A DNA stretch of 53,409 bases from a virus (Duplodnaviria > Caudoviricetes). Numbering within the stretch: position 1 is the first letter of the stretch; the number at the start of each line of letters is the position of its first letter. The stretch spans positions 1 through 53,409 of the IMG/VR virus record IMGVR_UViG_3300027071_000001; one strand, written 5' to 3'. Shown here one piece after another: positions 17,483 to 26,778 of this stretch. Made by a program: the position numbers and the translations under genes. The notes beneath the pieces were generated by a model that worked only from the letters and a program-made list of their open reading frames with translations, had not been told where the DNA came from and searched no databases.

Positions 17483-19564
17483 CTAGACGTCGTCCGCTCT
17501 CAGGGCCTCGTTGGCACGCCTCTCCTCGATGCGTCGCTTCTCGTCCCAGTTCGCCGACCGACGTCGGCCGAGCTCGCTGTTGAGGACGGTGTCGACGAGC
17601 TCGCCTGGCGTCTTCTGCCTGCGAAGTGATAGGCCGTGGTACTGCCTGATGTGAACCTGCAGCCGCTGGTTGCCATTAGCCCAGCCTGCGGACTGGCCAG
17701 CGAACAGCTCGACCTGACGCGGCGTCCAGCTGTCGCCTACCAGCTCACTGACAGTAAGCCACTTGTCATCGTCCGGCAGGTCTTCGATGTGCTTGGCCAT
17801 ATCGTCGGCCATGTCGCCACGGATGGCCTCGAGGGTCATTTCCTCTTCGGTGTACATTGTTCCCTTCTCTCCTTTGCCTCTTTGGCAAGGTAGTCCTTAA
17901 GCGGTCTGCATGCTAGTAGCAGCAGTGGGACGCCGACGCCTGTTGCGATGAGTGGTACGGCGACGAGAGCGCCTAGGAGTGCTACTGCGAATCTCCAGGC
18001 GATGCCGCTATCGAACCATCTCGAGGACGCCGGTGGCGAACTCTTTGCCATCTTCTGTCCTAACTAGGTATCGTCGAGTCGGACGTAGTGGATTGCGTCT
18101 GATCTCGACGAGCTCAACTTCGATCCTCGGCGCCGTGATCCTAGCGAGGTTGAGACCGAGGTGCGTCGAACCAAGTGTTGGATCAACTGCTAGGTACTTC
18201 CTGCCTACCTTCTTCATTCATTTCACCTCCTCTGTGCAGTATGTCGCGCGCTGGTTCCCAGCGCACGGCGCGCTCAGGGTGCGCTGCTTCGTACTTCCGG
18301 TTGCGCGCTTGGCCTTTGGCGCTCGTGTTGTACTTGCTGTGGCGCTTCAGGTACTTCGCACGATCCATTAGTATTCGCTCCAAACTCGAATGTCCAGGCT
18401 GAGCGTGTTGTCCTTCTTGAGAACGACGGTGACGCGGAGCTCGCCGTCTTCGTGGCCGTTGACCGCGTAGGTCATGTACTTGTACACCTTCGTGCCGAAG
18501 TCGTCCTTGACCTTAGTCCAGCGGTCAGGTAGGGCTTCGATGCACTCAATCACGTCTGCGGGACTCTCGTCGTGCGCAGCGTCGGTGTAGTTGTCGAGAA
18601 TGTCGCCGATCGACTCGCGAATGAACAGGAGAACCTCCTCGTTCATCACCAGATGCGCGCCCTTCATAGGACGCAAGTCACTTGACTGTGCCATTGTTTC
18701 TTCCTTCCTGTCTTGCTCTCCGCCTTGTGACGTGCTCAAACAGCCACATCCCCGGATTGTACCGCGTCTGCCTAGGCTGGACTTCGCCGATTGCGACTCG
18801 GTGCCCAGTTACTTGGCATCGAGGCCAACCATTCGGTGGTAGGCTCAGCACTACCGGCTCACCGTGACATTCGCATTTCTCGTCATCCCAAATCGGAATC
18901 ATAGACGCTCCTTTCCGGTCGGGGTTCTCATCGAGAGCCCCTTCCGCACTGGAACGTCAGCCCCTCATGTGCTTGTCGATTGCGGCTTGTACATCGAACA
19001 GGTCGTCAGGATCGATCTGCAGCAGTGCATCGGCGATCTGGTTCGGTGACATCGCGTCTATCGGATCGTCTTCACGTTCCGAGTCGTCGCGGAGGTCGAT
19101 GCTCTTGACGTACTTCGACATTACTTCTCCTCTTCTTGGTTCCACGGATAGTCGAGCTCGTCGACCATCCCCTGGTAGGCTTCGCCCGGACCGTATCCCG
19201 ATTCGCTCTCCTCGAAGCGCTCCTGGTCCTTCTTGGCGTAGTACTCTACGTCTTCGTCGCTGGGCCGCTCGTCCATGTACTCTCCGAACTCGGTACCAGC
19301 TCGATCGTCCTCCGGCTCGTCCTCCTCGTCGGCGAACATCTCGTCCCAGCACGCGTCGTGCGTACCAGTCATCAGCAACTCACGCTCGCCGGCGCTCAGG
19401 CTCGGCATCGCGTCCTGAATGAACGGCCCGTTGCCATCAGCCCAAGCCTCGAGCTCGGCTGTCTTCACCGTCAACTCGCCCTGCTTCTGACACACCATGC
19501 AGCTGCGCGTCGTGACTGTCGACGTTCCATCGTCGTTGTGTATGACCATTACTACTGCACTCAT
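17483..19564 (-). CDS. run of small early hypothetical genes (17483-17857, 17836-18051 membrane, 18008-18217, 18183-18368, 18368-18694 possibly PC4-like, 18678-18902, 18957-19121, 19121-19564)
   Basis: Abutting ORFs with SDs; the 18368 product ends LRVTV...LDIRVW. Confidence 0.55.
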
Positions 19565-19576
19565 TTCTTCACCTCC

Positions 19577-19924
19577 TCATCTGTCGTAGTCTGTGTGGCA
19601 CCGCTTGCATAGCGGTACGTAGTTCTTTGCATCGGCAGGGTCAGTGTCGTGGACGTGAGCCCACTCAGCCGCTTGCCCTCCGCAGCAACCTGCGCACAAG
19701 TACTCGCGTGCAACTCCTCTGAGTACACGGACCTTATGGTGATTGCTCTGGTAGCCAGGATGCGTTCTTTTATACGTCATGTCGTACGCGTGGTAATACG
19801 AGCGTGGTGCACCGTACTTATCCTTGTGACACTTGTTGCACCGATAGGTCCGGTTACGTGCACGGGACGGTGACCAGTTGACACCGACCTCGAGTTCAGT
19901 TCCGCAGTCTGTACACTTACGCAC
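19577..19924 (-). CDS. HNH-like endonuclease
   Basis: HHKVRVLRG.A...CAGC...AEWAHVH...YVPLCKRCHTDYD. Confidence 0.75.
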   Translation of the reverse strand: MRKCTDCGTELEVGVNWSPSRARNRTYRCNKCHKDKYGAPRSYYHAYDMTYKRTHPGYQSNHHKVRVLRGVAREYLCAGCCGGQAAEWAHVHDTDPADAKNYVPLCKRCHTDYDR

Positions 19925-19988
19925 TTACTCTCCTTTCGCTCAAGGATCGGCTCTCCCGGGCGAGAGCCTCACCTTCAACGCAGGCGGA

Positions 19989-20447
19989 TTAGCTGGTGAA
20001 CGCGAACGTGCCCGCGCCAGCTTCGGAGCCGGTCTCGTTCCAGAGGCCGTTCAGCAGGCTGCCAGGGTTGTTGATCGCGAGGAAGCCGCGGTCGCCCTGC
20101 GGGTCGCCAGCCGGGTACTCGGCGTTGAACTGGATCGCGCTACCGTCGAAGCTACCGTGAACACGCAGGTAGCCGGGAACGCCGACGGTGTCGTTGTGAC
20201 CATCGAACAGCCAGCCGGTCACGAGGCCGTCGTGGTGCAGGTGCAGAAGCACCCAGTAGCCGTCGTACGTGGTACCGTTCAGCGTCACGGTCATCTTGTG
20301 CCAGTAGCCGAAGAGCGGCTGGACGACAGGCGCCGACATGACGACGGCTGACGTGGTAGACGCGCTCGCGGTGATAGCCAGAGCGGCGGGCACGCCGATA
20401 GCGCTGGCAGCGATTGCGGTACCGGCTACGATGTTACGGATTCGCAT
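19989..20447 (-). CDS. predicted secreted protein
   Basis: MRIRNIVAGTAIAASAIGVPAALAITASA signal; beta-rich mature part. Confidence 0.7.
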   Translation of the reverse strand: MRIRNIVAGTAIAASAIGVPAALAITASASTTSAVVMSAPVVQPLFGYWHKMTVTLNGTTYDGYWVLLHLHHDGLVTGWLFDGHNDTVGVPGYLRVHGSFDGSAIQFNAEYPAGDPQGDRGFLAINNPGSLLNGLWNETGSEAGAGTFAFTS

Positions 20448-20530
20448 TGGAATCCCTCCTTCTTGTGATTGGGACCATCCCAATCGGGCCTGACCAGATC
20501 GTTGATCTGGTCTGACCCCACTCGGATGGG

Positions 20531-22425
20531 CTACACACCTAGCCAGTTCGTTACGACCTGGCGAATCCTTGCCTTCATGTCGCGGATCGCATCGCCAGGC
20601 AAGTCAGGATCGATCTCGTCCATGATCTGATCGACCATGCGATCCGCTGCGTCCTTGTTCACGGCGCCTCCCTTGTCGCCAGAATGCTCACTAGCTCCAT
20701 ATGGCTGCCTTCTTCTAGCCACTCCTCTACGTCAGAATGACCAGGCTTCCAGCCGCAGTACGTAGTGACTCGAACACGAACGTCGAGCACCCACGTCTTG
20801 TCGCTGTTTCCATCTGCCATCAGAGCGCTCCGTTCAACTTCCAGAGCATACCCTTCTCGTCGCGCACGACTACGTCGCCCGCTTGTGTGATGCCGACTTC
20901 CTCGTACATCATCGGGGCCCGCTTCTCAGGCTCCACAGGAGCAGGAGCTCGCTGGTCTGCGACGCGGAACATGTAGAGGCCTGCACCCGTTCGCGTAATG
21001 CCTCGCTCAGGGTACTTCTTGACGAACTTCGCCAGCACGGCCGCAATGGCTGGCGGACTGACGTCGAGGCCTTCCGTTGCGATCGCGAAGCGAATGTCGT
21101 TGTAGTGGTGGATCTCGCCTGGGTGCTTCTGCATCCAAGACATGACTGCCCTAGAAGTTTGGTTTGCCATCTCTCCTCTTCCTGTGGAGCCGTATAGTGT
21201 GAAGGATTGGCATGCCGTCCTCGTTGCGCTCAATGGTTATCCACCAGTCGTAGCGCTTGGTTGGACTGAGCACGTACGTCACGATGACGCGGCTCATAGG
21301 ATGTTGCGGTTCAACGTGTTGAGATACTCGACCTGCGCTTCGACCGAGAGGTCCTGGTTGCCTTGGTGCCGTTCGCAGTCGAGGTACGGACCTGGAACGC
21401 CGAGAGCGAGGAGCTGACGCCTCGTTGCGCAGGCACACAAGGCTCGGCTGTTGAGCGCCTCGATGAACCTGTTGCCCTCTTCTCGGGTAATGTTCGGTGT
21501 TGGTGTCGGCTCTGTCATTGTGTCCTCGTCATCCGGTAGCTGCGCCCTTGGATCTCCACAGGACGACTCTCGCCCACTTCGAGTCCGACTCGCGCCGCGA
21601 TTTTGTCGTGCATGCGCGGCTTGCCGTGTTCTCCAATGCAGACGAAGCCCTCCTCAGTGTCGAGGAAGAGCATCTTGTACACGGATTCGAATCCGCACAC
21701 TACGCATCTGTAAATCTGGCTCATTTCGCCTCCTTCGAGTCCTTGACCTTGTTAGGTCCGTCCGATATGAGCAGCGCCTCTAGTGCTAGCCAGCGCAGCT
21801 CGGTTGGAGTGAGGTCATAAAGCCCCTCGACCATCTCTTCCAGTGACATTTTCGTCTCCTTTGGTTGCTAGAATTTGGCTCTCAATTAATTGTACCTGGG
21901 AACTTGGGGGAAAGCAAGGCTCTCTCCTAGTTTCTTTTTAGGCCTCCGGGTGCGCTTGCAGGTAGTCGGTGCGACGCTTGTTGTGGCACCACTGCGCTAT
22001 CCTGCCTGTTTCGGTGACGCAGCGCTTTCCTGAGGCGACGCCACATGCGCGGCAGTCCTGCAGGAGAACGGCTGGGTTCTTGCCTGCATCGTTGCGTGTG
22101 TAGGTTTGGCTCACTGCGTCTTCCGTAGACCGTCGAGGTCTTTGTCGACCTCTCGCTGCGTAAGCGGGCGAGCGTGGAACGTGAAGACGATATCGATGAA
22201 CACGACGCCATCTTCGCGCCCGACCCTCGTTTGTGCAGTTCCGCCCCGCCTCTTCGCGGTCAGGTGGATCTGCGGCCGTAGCGAGCCCACTTCCACGTCG
22301 AAGTCGTCGCCGTGGTAGATGCGAACACGCTTGCCGTCCTGCAGCCACTGGTTCCACGGATACTTCGCTGGACGCCCGAGGCTCGTGCCTTCTGCTTCGG
22401 GAGAATCATCATCTATTATACGCAT
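20531..22425 (-). CDS. run of small early genes incl. wHTH-like 20820-21170, zinc finger 21938-22114 and KYPW-type 22111-22425
   Basis: Abutting ORFs; CRAC..G..C...H motif; GRPAKYPW..W.DG. Confidence 0.55.
21889..21917 (-). promoter_or_regulatory. promoter TTGCTT-N17-TACAAT
   Basis: Read directly. Confidence 0.6.
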
Positions 22426-22495
22426 AATACGCTACCCTTCTCATGCGGTTACGTTTGTACGCGACCTTGGTGCGAACAACGCTGCTCTTGATTCT

Positions 22496-22525
22496 ATTAT
22501 ATCGTAAGTCCATGTGGTTTCACAA
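22496..22525 (-). promoter_or_regulatory. promoter TTGTGA-N18-TATAAT
   Basis: Read directly. Confidence 0.65.
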
Positions 22526-22822
22526 GGGACCCCTTTACTCTGTAGAACACGAGAGCACGTAGCCACAAACGTGGTGTACCTGTCTGAAATAAGGTACACC
22601 GCATTTATTCCCGCTGAATGGGGGAACCCAAAGGTAGATCACGGCGTCCGTACATAGTCCGACCTGAACCGTCTAAACACTAAGCTTATAGGATTATTCA
22701 GTTTGTGTAAACCTTGTAAAGGTTGGTACCGGACTTTGCGTGTTAAAAGCTTTACAAGCGCCATAGATCTCTCGATTTGCTGAATACATGCGTAATCTAG
22801 GTTTTAATACTGGTTTTCCGTA

Positions 22823-23122
22823 CTACTTTCCTTTTGGGTTTCGCGGCTGCGTCGATTTGGTGGAATAGTACTGACGTGTCTCGCAATTCCCGCCCACATT
22901 TCTGGTCCCGCGCCACTCGAGCGGCTTGGTTGGAGTTTGATTGGCCTCAGCCTCAGGTTCGTACATCGCCCGAACCCGGTTCGGAGTCTGCCGGAGCGCC
23001 GTTCGCATTCGTGCGCTCATGTGGCGCTGGATTCGGGCGGGGGCCCGAGGCGCTTCGGGCGGAGTGCGTTTGATGTCCTGCTCGGCACGCGCTAGGTACT
23101 CTTCCCAACTTTTGGGTAGCAT
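22823..23122 (-). CDS. basic hypothetical protein
   Basis: AGGAGG SD, 99 aa. Confidence 0.55.
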   Translation of the reverse strand: MLPKSWEEYLARAEQDIKRTPPEAPRAPARIQRHMSARMRTALRQTPNRVRAMYEPEAEANQTPTKPLEWRGTRNVGGNCETRQYYSTKSTQPRNPKGK

Positions 23123-23173
23123 TGTGCCTCCTGTCGGTCAATCGGTGACCCCCGAAGGGGCCACCTGTTGAGG

Positions 23174-23431
23174 TCAGGCGTGGCAGTGGGTTGAATCGGT
23201 GGTCGTGGTCTTGACGGCGGGGTACGCGACGTACCCGCCTGCCGCCTTCGACCAGTGATACCAGGTCTTGGTAACCTGGTGCTCCTGGTAGCACTTTGGC
23301 GAAATCAGAACCTCAGTCCGCGAAGTAGTCGAAAGCGTCGGGTGCGTGGTGGCGTGGGCGCTCTGTAGGCCGAAAATGAGACCTAGAGATGCCGTAGCAG
23401 TAAGGATGGGTGTAGCTATAAGCCTGCGCAT
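23174..23431 (-). CDS. small predicted secreted protein
   Basis: MRRLIATPILTATASLGLIFGLQSAHA signal; two Cys. Confidence 0.65.
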   Translation of the reverse strand: MRRLIATPILTATASLGLIFGLQSAHATTHPTLSTTSRTEVLISPKCYQEHQVTKTWYHWSKAAGGYVAYPAVKTTTTDSTHCHA

Positions 23432-23516
23432 AGTGCGCCCTTTCTGTAGCCCTAACGTGTCCTGTACGTCATAGGGTCAAGAAGGGACTCACATTTCTGT
23501 GAGTCCCAACTTGGTC

Positions 23517-23798
23517 CTACATGTACTGTTCTGCTAGCTTGTCATAATCTACCCTAGTAGATTCCGTCCCACTCTCTATCCTCTGGATGTAACGGTCTAG
23601 CCAGACCTTGAAGTCATCTCCATCAAAGAGGATCTTCTCACCCTCTGACCTGGTGAGGTAGTTGGAGCTGATTGTACCCTTCTTAGCATAAGAGTACAGC
23701 ATCTGGGGACGGATTGTCCCTTCATACCCCTTGAGCTGTAGGATCTTGTTGGTGACTTGAGCAGCAGCAAACGGGGTGAGATTGGAATACTGGGACAT
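23517..23798 (-). CDS. Xis/AlpA-like HTH protein
   Basis: AAGGAG SD; LTPFAAA...IRPQMLYSYAKKGTI. Confidence 0.6.
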   Translation of the reverse strand: MSQYSNLTPFAAAQVTNKILQLKGYEGTIRPQMLYSYAKKGTISSNYLTRSEGEKILFDGDDFKVWLDRYIQRIESGTESTRVDYDKLAEQYM

Positions 23799-23845
23799 TG
23801 TGAACTCCTTTGGTTCTCTGGGAGTGTGTTTCACTCTCTAACTAT

Positions 23846-23874
23846 ATTATATATTGAAATGTTGGTTTCATCAA
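23846..23874 (-). promoter_or_regulatory. promoter TTGATG-N17-TATAAT (leftward arm)
   Basis: Read directly; divergent from the virion-arm promoter. Confidence 0.65.
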
Positions 23875-23952
23875 CGCCCGTAGGTCTCCCTGGCAATCTT
23901 GGTCAAACCATTGGACGCTGTCCCTGGTGTGTTACCGTGTATTTCAAGCCTC

Positions 23953-23990
23953 TTGTGCGGCAGGTTGGTTTCCCTATATAATAGAAGACA
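23953..23990 (+). promoter_or_regulatory. virion-arm promoter TTGTGC-N18-TATAAT
   Basis: 25-nt core repeated at 32496-32520. Confidence 0.7.
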
Positions 23991-24259
23991 TGAGCACAAG
24001 GGAACTTGAGGACCTATACGCAGGCGATGAGCCACCGCGGGAACGCGCTGCACGCATCTTTGAGGAGAATGCACCGTTTGCCGCTGCGGCAATTATCGAT
24101 CTATGCCACAATGCCACCAGCGACAACACGCGCCTTAGAGCGGCGCAGTACGTGGTGGACAGGGTGCTAGGCCCGGTAGGTCGAGAGGAGCAGGCCGACA
24201 TACTGGCCGAGTTCCTCTCCAGTATCGAGGGCCTGGCGAACGGCAAAGGCGGAGGGTAG
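23990..24259 (+). CDS. probable terminase small subunit
   Basis: First rightward gene; helical RLRAAQYVVDRVLG pattern; upstream of TerL. Confidence 0.6.
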   Translation: MSTRELEDLYAGDEPPRERAARIFEENAPFAAAAIIDLCHNATSDNTRLRAAQYVVDRVLGPVGREEQADILAEFLSSIEGLANGKGGG

Positions 24260-24261
24260 GC

Positions 24262-24474
24262 GTGCTCTACCTCGCCTGCGTCCTTGCGGTCTACGGCGTA
24301 GCGGCGTGGATCTGGGCTAGGCCTACTCCACGTCACAGGCGGACAAAGAGGGCGGCACACCGAGCCAGAGGGAGGCGAAAGGTGAACGAAACGACGGAAC
24401 GAGAGTGCGCGATGTGGCAGCGTCTGTTCGACAAGTTCGAGCATGACTCGACCACGATGCGATCACCAGTCTAA
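24262..24474 (+). CDS. small membrane protein
   Basis: N-terminal hydrophobic helix then basic run. Confidence 0.5.
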   Translation: MLYLACVLAVYGVAAWIWARPTPRHRRTKRAAHRARGRRKVNETTERECAMWQRLFDKFEHDSTTMRSPV

Positions 24475-24488
24475 CCAAGAGGAGCAAC

Positions 24489-24599
24489 ATGGCATCATGT
24501 AGGACCTGCGGCGGAAGCGGAGTACTGGAAATCCGCAACCCCAAGAACCCCAGCGAAACGAAGACGATCACCTGTCCTGGTTGCGGAGGTAGGGGATAG
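24489..24599 (+). CDS. 36-aa DnaJ-type zinc-finger microprotein
   Basis: AGGAG SD; MASCRTCGGSG...TCPGCGGRG (two CxxCxGxG). Confidence 0.65.
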   Translation: MASCRTCGGSGVLEIRNPKNPSETKTITCPGCGGRG

Positions 24600-24811
24600 C
24601 GACAGAGCTGGACGCAAACACTGCGCCCTGTGGAACTCGAGAAAGAGAGAGCGGCGGATGACATTGGTAGCGACGACCAGTCCGACACCTGAGGTGTCGG
24701 CTGTACTTAGGCTCCACCGGAAGTACCACGGAGTACCAATTCCGCGCGGGTACATTCGCATGTTGCGAACCGGCGCGCGGAGGTCACAACTCTCCAAGGA
24801 GGTCAAGCTAG

Positions 24812-25239
24812 GTGGGAATCTTCAGTAACGGTAGGGGTGAGCTGCCGAACAGGCGCCCTGGTCTGGGACGCAGGGCGAGCATCATCGGCGACGGCATGGA
24901 GTGGAATGCTGACGCCGAGCGCGGGCGTCAGAAGAGTACGTTCTGGGGCGGCTCGAAAGACCAGGGTCGACACCGTCGCGGCGAGAACGTGCCCAGTGCC
25001 AGGGGCGGTAGCAGGTCGCCGCAGGCCAAAAGGAAGGGATGGTTCAGTTAGTCATGTTCAGTCGCAACAACACACGTCGAGGGCTCGAGCGCCGCGAAAC
25101 GGAGCGTGGAACTCGCGCAGGGCGTCGGGCGGGACGGCAGGAGCTGTCCAACTCGACTAGGCTCAACGGCCGCAACTCGCCGGGTATCGCGCGCATGATA
25201 TTCGGCACCGGCCGCGCACACAGGCTGCCGCGTCCTTAG
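24812..25239 (+). CDS. two small Arg/Gly-rich proteins (24812-25051, 25054-25239)
   Basis: AAGGAGGT SD for the first; very basic composition. Confidence 0.55.
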
Positions 25240-25299
25240 CCGCGCAGCCGGAGCTAGCCGTGCAGGGACGGCTAGTTCCAGTCGTACGGAGAGGACGAC

Positions 25300-26778
25300 A
25301 TGGACAGACTGACTGAGGCGTTCTGGAAGCGTGTAGGCTATGCTCCGCACCCGCCTCAGCGTCTGTTTCACGAATCTAAGGCTAGGTTCAGGGTCCCGTG
25401 CTGCGGACGCCGGTTTGGGAAAAGCACGATGGCAGCGCGAGACGTGACTCCTAAGCACCTGCTTCGTCCCAACCAAATGGTCTGGATTGTCGGTCCGACC
25501 TATGACCTTGCGGAGAAGGAGTTCCGGATAATCTGGAACGACTTGATTGTACGTCAACAGCTAGGTCGAGACAAGAGAGTGAAGCGGGCTTATGCCAAGC
25601 GTTCCGGAGACATGTTCATTCAGTTCCCCTGGGGTTCCAGAGTGGAGTGTCGCTCTGCAGAGCACCCGGAGTACCTTGTCGGCGAGGCTCTGGATCATGT
25701 CGTCATGTCTGAGGCCGCGAAGCACAAGAGGGAGACGTGGGAACGCTACGTACGGCCAGCCTTGGCGGACCGAAGAGGGTCGGCAGACTTCCCTACCACG
25801 CCCGAGGGCTTCAACTGGCTCCATGACCTTTGGCAGCTAGCGAGACAATCGAAGTATAGAGGCATTTTCGAGTCCTGGCGCTTTCCTTCCTGGGACAACC
25901 GCGTCGTCTACCCAGGCGGACGCCAAGATGAGGAGATCCTGCTCCTCGAGGACACGACAGAGCCTGAATGGTTCTTGCAGGAGATTGGTGCAGATTTTGC
26001 ATCCTTCGTAGGCAAGATATTCCCGGAGTGGGACGAGACTCGTGGGGTTATGACCGAGGACTACAAGTTCATTCCCGGCTGGCCCAACTACATGGCTGTC
26101 GACTGGGGCTACACCAATCCGCTGGCCGTCGTCGAGTTTCAAATTAGTCCACAGGACGAGATCTTTGTCTGGCGGGAGTACTACAAGAAGTACAAGACTC
26201 TGCCGACGGTCGCTGGCGAGCTCCTGGAACGTCCCAATCCTCCAGGATACCACCTGGACCTGATTATCGGAGACCCGGCTGACCCAGAAGCCGCGGCCTC
26301 GTTTGGGCAGCTGATGCACAAGGGTTGCTGGGCGCCGAAGGAGCTGAAAAGCGACTATACTTGGCGCGATGGTATCGACCTTATGGCCTCTTTCATGCGC
26401 CCGGTTGAGATCGGACGTGATAAGTGGGAAGCACCGATCGAGGCCCCTAGGTATCATGTTGCGTGGGAGTGCAAGAACCATATACGGGAGCTCAACAACT
26501 ACCGATCCAAGGAGCCAGTGAAGGGACAAAACGTTCCGGAACTAGGCAACAAGGTCGAAGACCACACCATTGACGCGATTCGCTACGCGCTCCTAGCCAC
26601 CTTCCGAATGGGCGCTCGCGGGCATCACCTCACGTCCGAAATGGTAGACGCCGCACCTGTGGAATCTACTCCAAGGGCGGTGGCGGCGCGTCGGACTCTA
26701 CGTCAGGACTACGCAGACCTCATGGCAGGGACCTCAGGGTCCGCTGGCTTCTTCCAGATGGAGGGAGAGGAGTTTTGA
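25300..26778 (+). CDS. terL: terminase large subunit
   Basis: GRRFGKS, VMSEAA, TTPEG, DWG, DHTIDAIRY. Confidence 0.95.
   Translation: MDRLTEAFWKRVGYAPHPPQRLFHESKARFRVPCCGRRFGKSTMAARDVTPKHLLRPNQMVWIVGPTYDLAEKEFRIIWNDLIVRQQLGRDKRVKRAYAKRSGDMFIQFPWGSRVECRSAEHPEYLVGEALDHVVMSEAAKHKRETWERYVRPALADRRGSADFPTTPEGFNWLHDLWQLARQSKYRGIFESWRFPSWDNRVVYPGGRQDEEILLLEDTTEPEWFLQEIGADFASFVGKIFPEWDETRGVMTEDYKFIPGWPNYMAVDWGYTNPLAVVEFQISPQDEIFVWREYYKKYKTLPTVAGELLERPNPPGYHLDLIIGDPADPEAAASFGQLMHKGCWAPKELKSDYTWRDGIDLMASFMRPVEIGRDKWEAPIEAPRYHVAWECKNHIRELNNYRSKEPVKGQNVPELGNKVEDHTIDAIRYALLATFRMGARGHHLTSEMVDAAPVESTPRAVAARRTLRQDYADLMAGTSGSAGFFQMEGEEF

Noticed and set aside
11942-26778. Inteins in helicase or terminase; tRNA genes; integrase
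   Set aside because: Protein lengths are normal with no splice motifs; no cloverleaf or recombinase motifs seen by eye
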